The notes below the pieces were generated by a model that was not told the DNA's origin, made no database searches, and was given only the letters and a program-made list of their open reading frames with translations. Shown one piece after another: positions 1 to 12,173 of a stretch of 64,000 bases of DNA. The stretch lies in NCBI GenBank assembly GCA_026026165.1, contig JAPEUD010000015.1, positions 186,001 to 250,000 of the forward strand. Direction: 5' to 3'. Numbering within the stretch: the first letter of the stretch is position 1; each line of letters opens with the position of its first letter. This DNA is from Sarea resinae (lineage: Eukaryota). The position numbers were made by a program, and so were the translations under genes.

Positions 1-1399
1 TCGTCATCCTGCTCTTGCTGGCCCTTGCCGTAGGCTGGTTCCTGCTATGTGGGCCAGTCAGCTAGTTTGATGCTTGCCATTCTTCTGTTCATTTCACATC
101 TAAAATATAATATAATGCATCCACAAGATGACAAATGGGGAAGGAGCGAATCCATCAGCTGCCCTTTTCAAGCATTGCGCCATTCTCATCAGCAACTGCT
201 GCACTGGGCGAAATCATACAAGTGCACACGGCAGCGTTTGAGGGGCGCACGAGAGCGCTCAAAGAGAACACGAAAGAGCATGCCGCCCAAAGACTTGCGA
301 CCCAAACGCCAGGGGCCAGAACATCTGCCGCCAAAGGAAAAAGTCGATGAGGCATTTAGAAATATGGAAAGTGGGCAATGTTCAATTAATATACAACATT
401 GATACGAAGAACTAACAAATCACAGAATTACATCTCTACCGCGGCTCTGGGATCAAGCCAGGTATATTAGAAGGGCATTTTAGGCTCGATCACCCAAGCC
501 GCAAAGATGTCAGAGGAGTTGCGGGCGTGGAGAGTTGGAATAGACCTCAGAGACTAAAACATCAATAGTAATAGCTATAGTAGCACGTCAGCACTGGTCC
601 GGATGAGAGATAGAGATACAGAGCATAATTGAGGGGAAGTTCCAAAAAAAAAGGTTCAACTACATTGTCAAAGTCTACAAAAAGCTCAGACCACTCTTTT
701 CGAGTGGTCCTACGAAAACTCCAACGTAATATTTGGGGAATTTATCTCATCAGATATTCTCTGGTAGCGAAAGGTTGCCTTCTTTTACTAAGACATTATG
801 GTTATGTGAAAGCATACTCCTCCTGCCGGGGTTCGAACGCGGGATGTTTTTCGTTTTCGAACTCTCTTACGCAGGCAGATAGCACCGAGTTACCTTTGCA
901 CCAACATGACCTTTCTAGTTGGAAGGATAGGCTGTATTGTTGCTTATATGGCTGATCGCGTGGGTATTCACTATAGGCAGAGGATTCCCGCACCTGTACA
1001 GATCATCGAAATGTCTGAGCTCTCGGTGTGAATGGGTTGGCAAATCGATCATTCACTTTGAATACGATTCGCTCTTGTCGCTGGCCCACTCTCTCGTATC
1101 GATCGTACATACGTTCTGCCTCTCAAAGCAATATTGCTGATCATCTAACCTCAACTCCACCATGATCACGATACGGAGATTTAACTCAAAGGAAGATGTC
1201 TATCTAATTCAAAGAAGCAGACAGTTTCTAGGAACAGTACCAGACAAATCATACACGACTAGTGATGATGCTATCAAGATAGAGCATGGAAACGTACAGC
1301 GGCAAGAGGCAACGTCAACCAGTTTCTCGACAAAAGATTCTACAAGACCTCGCTGTGAAAAGAACGGCAAACAGTTCGATTTGTGATACGCAACTTATG

Positions 1400-3250
1400 T
1401 CTTACTTATAGCTATTCCCTAGTAGAGAATACACAAGGGGCGACTGATGAAGGCGCTTTACAAGTATAGTGCCTCTGACATTCGAAAACACTACATCTAT
1501 TATGAGTACATCTAACTACAGGACGAACGGACGAACATCACTTAAAAATAGGTTGTCAAAAGAGCAGAATGCTTTGAATATAAGATAGTGTACCACCAGG
1601 CTCACTTTGGCCTCGAGAATCAGTGAAACAATATTCAGCTCTAGCGCGAATATCAGCCCTGACGTAATCTAGACGTCTTTATAAGTCTTAGATTTGAAAA
1701 CCCTTAGATTGAGCTCACCTTATAACTCTCACTTCACAGCGAGGCTTTACAACGATATCATAAGAACCTATAGATTCTAGGAGACATAGAGTTCCTGACC
1801 AGGAATTAGCCTATAGGTCACGAATCCGAACCGAAATTACCACTCTTGACGATTAAAACAAGCCACGCGTGGCCTCCCCCGTGAAGCGGGTAGAGAGATC
1901 GAAGAAGAACGCGGCAAAGGTTCAGGAGGCCGAGGATTTTCCCCCCCTTTTCGAGCGTCGCCACACAAGTGAGACAGGTAGGGCATATATCGCTCCTCTA
2001 AAGATGATGACGATGGTATTAATATTACTAAGCAAAAGAAATATCTCAAAAAGTACACCTATCCACTCAAACGGCGCCAAGTGATGGAGGTTCCAGGCCT
2101 TAGCGCTTATGAATCCTGAGCCCAGCACCCAGCTCAAATATCCTTTCCGCAATCAGCTTCCTCTAAATTTCTTTTTTCTACAACTACCACCTTATTATCA
2201 CAACGTGGGTATGGTCCAGACTCGTGAGAAAATAAAAGCAGATCGTCTGGCTACAATTGCTTATTGGCAAAACTAGATGGTATCTAATCCTTATTTCAAA
2301 AGATCCTTGACAGTTAAGTAAGGGCTATACGCTTACAGACTAGGAGTACGACGAGAACAGCAACTAGTCTTTACATTTCTTAGCGGCTTAAGAAACCTAA
2401 CAGATATCAATAGACTATAGTCTCTCAGAGCTCGTCGTTAATATTAGCACTAGAGAAGGTTTTTAAGAGAGACTGTCTTTGCTAATACTCTATAATCATC
2501 CTCTAATAGAAAACTAGCCTAAGTTACAAACGCATATTCTTGCAGCTCTTTAAGGCAAGGCTTAGCAAGTGTTAGAAGTTCTCTGACAAGTAAAGTCAAA
2601 AAATCCTAACGACAATAAACCTACTACTGTTGTTGTCACAGCAAGGGATAACATGCCTAGTACATAGACAACAGATCTAAGAATTGCATGTTTGACTATA
2701 ATTTAACAGTCAATAGTAGACTGCAAATCAACTAAATCATTGTCTTTAAGGTAAGTAAATTGCATCTCTGCTTCAACTACTATAGCTAAACTTAACTCTT
2801 CACAGGTTGCTAACAGACCTTCTAGCAGAAATACTTAGAACATTATGTGACAAACACATTAAGGATCTACTAGAGACAATTTTTCTGTGCCTAGCTAGTA
2901 AGCACGTCATTAGCCTCCTCTATATAAGTAGGACGTTCTGCTGACTTGTTAGCCTACGACTTGTCTGCTAAGCAACTGTGTACTACCTGTCTAGCGAACA
3001 CATTAGAGCGCGCTTCCTTTATCAGTGCCTCTTCTAGCACCTTGTCTGATCTCTGATTGTGCAAATCTAAATTAGCCTCGACCTCTATCAACTAAGCAGG
3101 CAGGAGTGCTAGGCGGCGTTAGACCGGCACCGACATCGGCGCCTTAAGCCGCGACAGATTCACAAGCTGTTGCATGTCCTGCCGTCAGAAACCAGGTGGG
3201 AGAGGATGCGTCAGGTGGTTGCGGAGGTGGTGGAGCAGCATGGCAGCGGG
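1400..3250 (-). mobile_element. RIP-degraded repeat/transposon-derived relic (family not identifiable)
   Basis: Visibly TpA/CTAG-rich. A minus-strand frame from about 3170 (MQQLVNLSRLKAPMSVPV*RRLALLPA*LIEVEANLDLHNQRSDKVLEEALIKEARSNVF...) reads like protein but is broken by stops that are all TAA/TAG, as expected from C->T mutation of CAA/CAG. Boundaries are approximate. Confidence 0.55.
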
Positions 3251-6199
3251 CTGACAAGCAACATTGCTTAGGTTTAATCGCGGTATAGGTGCGATGATTT
3301 GTGCTGTATCCGTGTAGACTAGGTAAATTACAATTCTCGGGCGTGGATCTGCATACACATATAATCAGGGTTTTAGGAACGTCAGACAGAGGTCATTACG
3401 CAAACCCAGAAGACAGACGGATGAGGTCAGACTTCTAACTTTGGAAGTCAGTACTGCGTGGACTTGGGCGCTCGCGGCGATGGTTCACTTGTGAGGGCCC
3501 AGATGTTTTGTTTGCTACATATATTGACGGATTGACACTAGGGAGTGATTCTTGGCCGGACGAATATGTCCACAGACATTCATTCGACTCATGGTACTCG
3601 ATCAGTCTCTCCTACGTCTTACCTGAGAGGAGCTCACAACCACATCATAAGATTTTGTGCTACTGCCTTTGTACAAAGCCGACTTTATCGATCGTCAATA
3701 GGGATGGCGAGAGTGGTAATGATATTGACAGCCCTAGACTCGAGTGGACCTTTTGCACTTGTATGGCCGCTAACTGACATCTCTTATACTCGGTGTTGCT
3801 ATACGTTGGCTGCTACTATATTTGACCGCTTTTTTAATTCATACGCAAAACTATCACAAGAGGACGAGCCACCAGCCTCTCGCATCTGCTGTGGCAGGTG
3901 AGTACCTATCGCCTACCCACCCTTGATCGATCCTCTTCTCATCATCAGAGAATGCGTTATAGCGACCTCATCATTGGCATTCAACCAAATTTGATTACTG
4001 TTTGCCCTCGGCATTGGCACTCAACCATATTCGATTACTGCTCTCTACCGCATACTTGAGGAAAGAGCCTCCTGTGGCGGCATATCTGTAGTAACAGATC
4101 GATAATATACAACTATTGTTGACCACGGTCGTTCTCGGATTCCTAGGGAAGCATTACAGCAAACCGCGGCACACTCTGACAGTATCAACTCAGGGTATAT
4201 TAGTCTAGGACTATCTGTACGGTCATCAAGAACTCTGCAACTTATCGGGCGAAGTTGTCCTTAGCAGAGCTGATGTCGAAATCCAATATACACCCCAGGA
4301 CCACCGGCCTGCTCGTGAGAGCGACGCAAGAGGGTTATACAGGCTAAGGCCGGAAATTGAGGCTGACGACTATGTTCCAGGGCTCAAGGCAATCAGAAAA
4401 CAGCTGGACCAGGGGAAAGAAGCGCGATGGAAACAGAAAGGGTCGGTTGTCATCCCGGACATTGTCTCGTGGTTCAGAAAGGAGGAACTAGCATTATCGA
4501 TAATGAATTCGCAATGTATTGTCACCACCAGCGCTCAATCAACGGAGCGTCGGACATGGGCTGGGCAAGAACGATGATGCACTCGGTGAGGCAACAAGCT
4601 ATCTGACAAGACCCTCTTTTGTACGCTGCTACCGTCCTTATGCGACCAGATCATGCCACGGATCTAATATCGTATCTTTACTATGCGCGACATGTTCACC
4701 CCGGAGACAGAGTGAACTTCTTTCATCTAGACCAAAATCTTCGACTGATCGTGGAACAAGGCAACTGACGTATAGTGGAAAATATGTGTCTTAGACTCTA
4801 AGATTCTTGAAACGCTACACCTCGATAAGCTCCTTACACAGAGAGAGAGCCGTCTAGTTATATAAGCACGCCAAACGATTATATAGGCTGTGTTATAATA
4901 ACATTGTGAATCACGCGCGTGGCTAATTTATAATAGAACCCTGAGATGGGGGCCAATACGAAATGATAAAAGTACGAAATTGGGCTCTCCTTTTCACATA
5001 TATCTATATCGCCTACCAATGTCCTTGTTCCTGAGGAAACGAAGCCCATCCGTTGGGACTTTTAAACATGTCGTATCTTCGACGTGCTCACAGATGCGGG
5101 GAAAGTTTAGTGGACGGCACCCTTTGATCCAACTTCCTACGAATGTAAATAAATTCATCTCAAGATGCTCGCCTCAGATGGCTGACAGATATACCCAGGG
5201 CCCAACGGTGCTTCCAGCTTCTGAACAGTTCGGTCCAGCAGGGTCTCGTTCGCAAATCCAGGGGCTCTACTATATACGTATGTGAGCTTCTTTCGTTGTT
5301 CCTGCAGGTTTGTTCAGCTAAGTCCTCGAAATTTATATTCTATATCAATGTTAGATGTGCTTAAGGACCGCTCTGCCTGTTAGATAAAGTGGCTTGGTAT
5401 TAGGCACTGACTCAGAATCGCAGCGCCCAGGGACCTTCTAAACGCGTTCAGATTTGCAGCAGCTGTTAGCAGGATGCTAAGTCTGAAACTGTCATTGTTC
5501 CTCACCTCGTATTACTCGGGTCGTTGAGTGTGCATACCAGACTTTAGATAAGAGCCATACTTAACTGTTGTGGCGGGCACAATAACCTATCAGGGGGTCT
5601 TTTGCATGGCTACTAACGAACCACTAAGAGCATTGTGGTGGTGTCTTCTCCAGCGCCGTGGTAAATGGACTTTTCAAGCAGGCGGCTCTCGGGACGTGGG
5701 CTCTTCGTCTTCAACATACGGCACGTACGGAGAGCTCATCGCTGGAGTAGAAGCAGAGATGAATCGGCTCTGTATGCCCTAGCGCTTGGAAACAATTGGA
5801 TTATGTCAACTTTCGCCGCTCCGAAATCAACAACACAGACACCGCAGCAGACCGTTATAACCTTCAGAGTAAGAAGACACTGACGCCACAAGGAGATGTA
5901 GGAGGATCAATAACATAGATGATTCAGGAGGGGCCCTCGTGATAATTGTCAATGACACCGGATCTGACCTCCAAACAATCTTCACCACCGATCTGATGAA
6001 TCTAACTTATGACCCGAATACCTACGAGGGACTGATCGGCATATGGCCCATCTTAACGCCGACTCACTGCCAGCCCAAAAGGAGATGACAGCGAGGGTAC
6101 ATTGGCTTTAGATGCAGAAAAGAGCAGCAGCTGATGACTGGTCTAAGAGCTGAATGCCAAGATTACAAGTTTCTTGACTACGAAGGGTGAAAGATTTAC

Positions 6200-6709
6200 C
6201 AAAGACGATGAACGTAGCGCAAAGCCGCTATTGCCCTCGCTGACGCTGGGTAAATCGATCTGGTTATAGACGTCTCTGGGCACGTTATGGTCACCTTTTG
6301 TGTCTTTTCCCACTCCTTCGACCGTCTTGCCCTTCTGGGCGGCTCTGCCACCTTCCTACAAAGCAGGATTACAACTATGCAGATTGTCTCCTGTCGCCAG
6401 TCGTACGTCAACGCTATCCTCATTCAAACCCGTGGGTGTGTCCCTGCTTTTCCCTGCACGGCCTGCCAACTAGCTGCGGAAAGGGGCACTATCAGCCCCT
6501 TTTGTATGCGTCAGCGGGTTAAGGGCCGTTTTGGTGGCTGTTACAAGAATTGCAAATGGCGCGATCACGCGGCCCAATGCCACTACCCCTTGTACAGAGC
6601 TATTGCTATGGATAATCATAGTGACCACGACAAGAGGGATGTTGGCAGCAACGTTGAGGGTGGTGATAGTGGTGGGGCGTGGTCTGACGCATTGCTAATA
6701 GCTCTTTAG
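6200..6709 (+). pseudogene. Decayed DUF3716-like Cys-rich fungal protein
   Basis: ORF 6287-6709 contains SYVNAILIQTRG...PCTAC...PF...GRFGGCYKNCKWRDHAAQC, matching from memory the DUF3716 pattern (PFxxC...GGxCxNC) with a degenerate PF..C segment. The same frame continues upstream through an in-frame TAA. It lies in repeat debris. Confidence 0.6.
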
Positions 6710-9700
6710 AGTCAACTGCAATTAGTCAATGGATACCCTCGTTGTACAGCCATATAGAGAGGTAAATAGGTTTCCTTTATTGTTTTTTTCCTTTCTCAAT
6801 GAGAGCTGGTGTGCGCGTGTTTCCTGTTTCACTTGAGCCAGACTTGCACTCCTACACAGTGCTTAGGTCTGGTAGCTGTATAATCATATTAATAAAGTCA
6901 AGCAAGTCATTACATAGGTATAGAATAAATCATTGTAAAAAGGATTAAACCTGCATGGCTAGAGCCGCTGCTATGTTGTACGTTCTACAATTGCTATATT
7001 CTGCCCCTAAATATAATGTGAAATCTTCAAAACAGATGTTCTTCTTTCACAGATCGAACATCAACCTTCCATCCAGCTCAAGGTCTATAGTAGGAAGAGG
7101 CATGATATATTGGATATTCTACCGCAGGTACAGTTTACGATACCCGCTCTATTACCCCTTAGACGTTTGGCGTGGTGGCTGGGCGCTTGTGATCAAGTTA
7201 TCGCAGGGTGTCACCTATTGTCTGTCACCTGCAGACCCGTTGACATGTCTCCGGATAGTGGGTTCAATCATGCCGAGTCGAAAGAAGCGTCGCTGACTAG
7301 CAAAGGCCTGAATAAAACCTTGACTCGGTTCTATCTTGAGTCCGGGCGCGTGTCCACTGCAGAAGATTGGTTCGATAAGAATCCTTATGATGAGGCACTC
7401 TCTGATGACCAGGAGGAGTGGATGGACCTTTGAACTGCATTCTCAAACCACGAATCTCAGGAACCAGACACTCTGCTTTTTATCAGAACTGGATACTTGA
7501 AGCTGTGGAAAGAATTTGGTTCTAAGTGCTTGAGCTAGAGTCAAGCAAAGTTGAATTGTTGACATCCCCATAGTAGCCTCACCAAAGCACCTAACCTTCG
7601 TACAGGCTACTCCGTACAGACACCCTCAATTCGGACATCTCTGCACACCACCCCACCCCACACCACACCACACGCGCATCCCGGGATCCATATCCGCCTC
7701 TCGATAAGCACCGGCAATGACGGCGTCTATAAATAGCCTCTTCCACCTCGCCTCCTCCGCCCGACGATCCTCCACCCGCCAGTCACCTACTAATCCATGC
7801 AATGTACTCCGTACTTGTATCCACCCCATCCCGAGAGACCGCGCGTGCCGATCATCGCAGATCCCCCGACGACGATCCGTCAACGTCGCGATGTAACCTG
7901 TGGAGGATGGGTGTCAGTTCACCGAACTGCTACTCGTACAAGCCTACAGATACGACGGATCAGATGCATTATCCGGGAATAGAGTCATACAAATACGCTG
8001 CAGTAGTCAGTATCAGAGTCAGGCTGTACTCATAGGCGCCTAGCATACGCAATAGTCCCGGTCGGTCCATAGCAATGGAACAACACAGCGGAAGCCCAAA
8101 TACAAGAATCAAGTACAGTAGGCACTACTACTGCGCAGTAGTAAAACCCAACCCGGACGTCTAGAAGTAGAAAACAGGATGAACTCCTCTCTCTCCGGTA
8201 GGTAACTAAGAACAGGGGGGACAATATCTCCGGAAACGCAAAGGACCTGCCTAGGTAGGTACCGAGAGAACTTCCCGGGAAACCTGCAAGTTTCCGTTCG
8301 ACGGATTAGAGTTTCCGGAGAAAAAGCTTGTTTTTTTTCTTTTTTGTCTTTTTTGGTTTTCTTCCCTCTTTGAATTCCCGGTTCCAGGTTCTGCGTGCCA
8401 GCGATGCCGAATCACCTCGACAGATACATACATCTGCTCCGCCTCTGTCGCCGTCTCCGTACGGATTGAAATGGTGGAGATGAGATCCATGGATCTCTCT
8501 ATTCGCAGTCCAGTCCATATTCCGTAGAAGTAGTAGTAGCACGAATATCCGTACATCATACATCCCATCCAGATCCCATCCATGGATCCATGCACCACGC
8601 ACCACGCACAGTACCTGATCCCGAGCAAGCAAGCAAGCAAGCAAACACATCACATCACTATCTCGTCTCCAGCTCATCCATCCATCCATCTATCCGCACC
8701 ACGCCCCTCGAGTCTCCCCATTCCGGCATTTTCGTACCGGCGGGGAGATTGGTGGATCCGTGATCCACCCACCACTGCCTATAGGTACCTAGCTAAATCT
8801 ACGTGGCTGACCTTGTCCACGACCGAAACCAAGGCGCAAGACCAGAGAACAGAGAACATGATTTAGGACAGGACAGACGGACGGACGACGGACTCTGAAG
8901 AATCCATTCCAATCGCCCAGCCCATCTGCATCTGCATCTGCGCTCGCCGCAGGTTTCCCTGTTCAGGAGATGAAGAAACATAGCGCGGGGAATGCAATGT
9001 CTAGCGGCTGCCGTCCGTGGTGATTTCCCTCCGCGATCTCGGTTTTTTTTCGTTTTCGTTTTTTTTTTTCATCTTGGGCGGAAGGGGGACGGGAGAAAAG
9101 AGAAGAAACTGTGGCTGTCGGGTCAACAAAAAGCTGGAGGGTTTACAGTAGTAAGTTTGCTAGATATCCCCTGCTATGTATTTGGGTGCCGGGAAACTTG
9201 AGGTAGGTTGCCTGGGGCGAAAAGTGGTGGCGATGGGGATGGTGATGGTGAACGGTGGGGGTACCTTATTTACCTTAGTTACGGATTCAGGCATCTACAT
9301 AGTAGATAGGAAAAACACTGAACCGAACCGAACCGAACCAAATGGAACCAACCTCCCTTATCGCGAACGGGAGGGAACTGGAACTGGAATGTTGAGTGGG
9401 GACAAGGAATGACCGAGCGTGGAATGAACGGATACATTGATAGAAGAAATGATGGAGAGACAGATAGTTAGATAGACAAAGAGAAAGATAGCTCGCGAGT
9501 CTAACTGCATGTCGGACGGACGAACGAACGAAAGAACGAACGAGCGAACGAAAGAAAGAATGAAAGAATAAATGATAAGAGCCAACGGGGTCAGCTCACA
9601 GCATACCTATTGCGATAGTTCCTCGCTTTTCCAGTCGCCCAATGGGAAGCCGCTGGCAACGGTCCGATTGATAACCCGCGTGAAGGACTCGATCCGTATG

Positions 9701-10086
9701 TGATGACAACAACAACGTGCCCGTAGCAAGTGAGGTGTGCGATCAATCGCGCACGATGCAACGCACATACGACGTGTACACGCGAAATGCTCTGAATTCG
9801 CTGTCTAAATTAGGTACCTAACGACCTAGCCCCAAATTGCATCATCGATGCCCTTTTTGCCGAGAAGGAGAAAATAAGGTTGAGAACAGAAGGGTAGACA
9901 ACAAAGAAAAGTAGTAGTGTCATGGAATAACAAATACATCGAGAATAAGAGTAGATCTGGTATCTTGGAGAGAAAGATCGAAAGAAGACAAAGAAGAACG
10001 CCTCTATCTGCCCGTAGCTTGGGCCATTGCCATTGTGTACCAACCTCATCCAGAACCCCCCAAATTGCTGACCCGTCATACAAAGC

Positions 10087-12173
10087 TTATGCACTTTGCA
10101 GCCAAAGAGTTATGAACAAGGAAGAAAGAATAACGAGAGAAGAAGATAGGGTATCCGTGAAGCCCATGGCAGCGCTCTTCTTATGCTTTCCGGTATAAGT
10201 CGGAGTAGCCACAGCCGTCAGGCTGGGAGGAGCTCCCGTGAAAGTAGGAGTAGGCAGCGTTTTCTGCGGCTGGCATACATCCGAGCCCTTGAGGAGTTCC
10301 GATGGATAGAACACTTTTGGTAGACCTTGTTCCATGCGGATTGGAATCGCTCCGTTCGAGTCCACAAGTACCGTGGTACAGCCCAAGATCTCCGTCAGAT
10401 TCTGCCCTGGGGTGAAGTCTGAGCCGTTCAGATGAAGGGTATATGAGTCGCCCGACGTGCCAAGATTACTGAGAACCAGGATCGTTTGCGTGCCGTTGAA
10501 GCCTCTTCGCAAAGCGAGCGTGTAGTCGTCCTCGTATATTTGAAGACTTTGATAGATTGTGTAGTTTTGAGCCATGTGGATGGCTTGGTTACGGACGCCG
10601 TTTAGCAACGCAATGAACGAATAGAGTGGGCCACTGGAATTGTATCCGGCCGTCCATACCGCTTCGCGGTTAACGGGATTATAAGCGCCGGAAAAATGCT
10701 GTTCTTGACCTTGGTAAACTGTGACATATTAGCGTCGAGGAATGCGAGCTGTGCAACAGACAAGACCTACTGATGGGTATCCCCTCCGACAGGATGGTAA
10801 ATGCGATGACGTTCTTGGCAAGCTAAGACATGTCAATAGTGTGCGGATACCGCATCTGGTAGCAGAGACCTACCGAAATGTCTGGAGTGTAAGACGGGAA
10901 TCTCGGAACATCGTGGTTCTCGGAGAAGGTTCCGAGCAGCGTAGGATCCTAGACGCGGTCAGTATGCCTTTGTTTCCCTGATCATTGACGAAGAGTTTTA
11001 CTTTGCAGGCCGCTCGGACGCTCTTCATCTCGGCTGACAGGTCGCTGATACTCGATGTAGGTGACTGAAAGGCTCGAACGAGAACGAAATAGCTATGCAG
11101 TAGTCAGGACTCATGTTTCGATCCGGGCAAAGTACTGCTCTTACAGAGGGTAGTTCAAGACGCTATCAATAGAATCTTGATAGCCACACGTGTAGTTTGC
11201 ATCTCCATTTGCGACCTCGCCAATACAGAACACACCGGCAGCTTTGTTGAACTTAGGAAAGAAATCCTGATTGACATTGCGAGCCGAGTCGAGACGAAGA
11301 CCGTCAACTAATTCGGGTCAGCATTGCACCGTATCGTTCCCGTAGAGGACCCTACCCGAATAATTGGAGACCAGACCCCCAATCCACTCATTTAGAACCG
11401 AGGCCACAGCGGGATCTTCGGTTCTCAGGTCTGGAAGTTCTACCACATCATCACCTAGCCAGCACTGCATGCCTTGTCAGCGACAAACGTCATGAGGTGA
11501 TGGGAGGTGATGGACACTCACATCATCGAGATTGGTCTGATTGGTCTCACTGGTGACTGAGCAATACGAATGGAAATAGCTGTCATCATCGAACGGAGTA
11601 AATTGATTGTACTTGACCGACGATTCGCCTCCGGGCCATGCGAAATGATTGACGACGATGTCAACCATCAAGTACTGTCAAGGTGTTAGCTTCTGAGGCG
11701 ACGGCAGGTACAGGCTTCCCCACCATGCCCCGCGAATGTAGCTCATCTGCAAGTTGCCTTAACTCGTCGTCCGAGCCGAAATTGGAATTCAACGAATATA
11801 GATCTTGTTGCCAATAACCATGATATGAAGTGAGATCGGACGTCTTCTTGGTCAACTGATATGTTATGGGAGATATCCAAATCTGCGGGGCGTGTCAGCG
11901 ACATCAACTTGATGGGGAAAAGCGAAGACAGAGGACGCATACAGCGGTGAAGCCCATGTCCTGGATATAATCCAACCTCTCGATGAGGCCATTGTATGAT
12001 CCACCGCAATAGATTCCCTGAGAAGGGTTACAGGGAGCTTCGGTCGAGCCATTGGCGAGAGCGAAACGATCGGTGACGACCTGATAGATGGATCGTGAAC
12101 GCCATTCTTCTGGTGTTGCACATAGTGCCAAGCCCGCTAATGCGAGCAGCGAACAAACAAAAGAGAGCCTCAT
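10087..12173 (-). CDS. GPI-anchored GH13_1 alpha-amylase / alpha-glucanotransferase-like protein (positional counterpart of Aspergillus amyD/agtA), 9 exons
   Basis: Signal peptide MRLSFVCSLLALAGLALC, then WRSRSIYQVVTDRF, GFTA|IWISP, YHGYWQQD, DIVVNH, DGLRLDS, IGEV, FSENHD, YQGQEQH and NREAVW across 8 GT-AG introns. Ends in a Thr/Pro linker, KHKK-SAA and a hydrophobic C-terminus (GPI signal). Confidence 0.93.

Noticed and set aside
49..402. Possible Fot1/pogo transposase N-terminal HTH relic
   Set aside because: Only a faint resemblance split over two frames; no DDE domain or TIR identifiable.
7110..7433. 107-aa ORF with an acidic C-terminus
   Set aside because: No recognisable domain and it lies in degenerate DNA; may be a gene fragment but cannot be supported.
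9700..9795. C/D-box snoRNA-like arrangement (GTGATGA...CTGA)
   Set aside because: Weak terminal stem and no rRNA-complementary guide that I could recognise.
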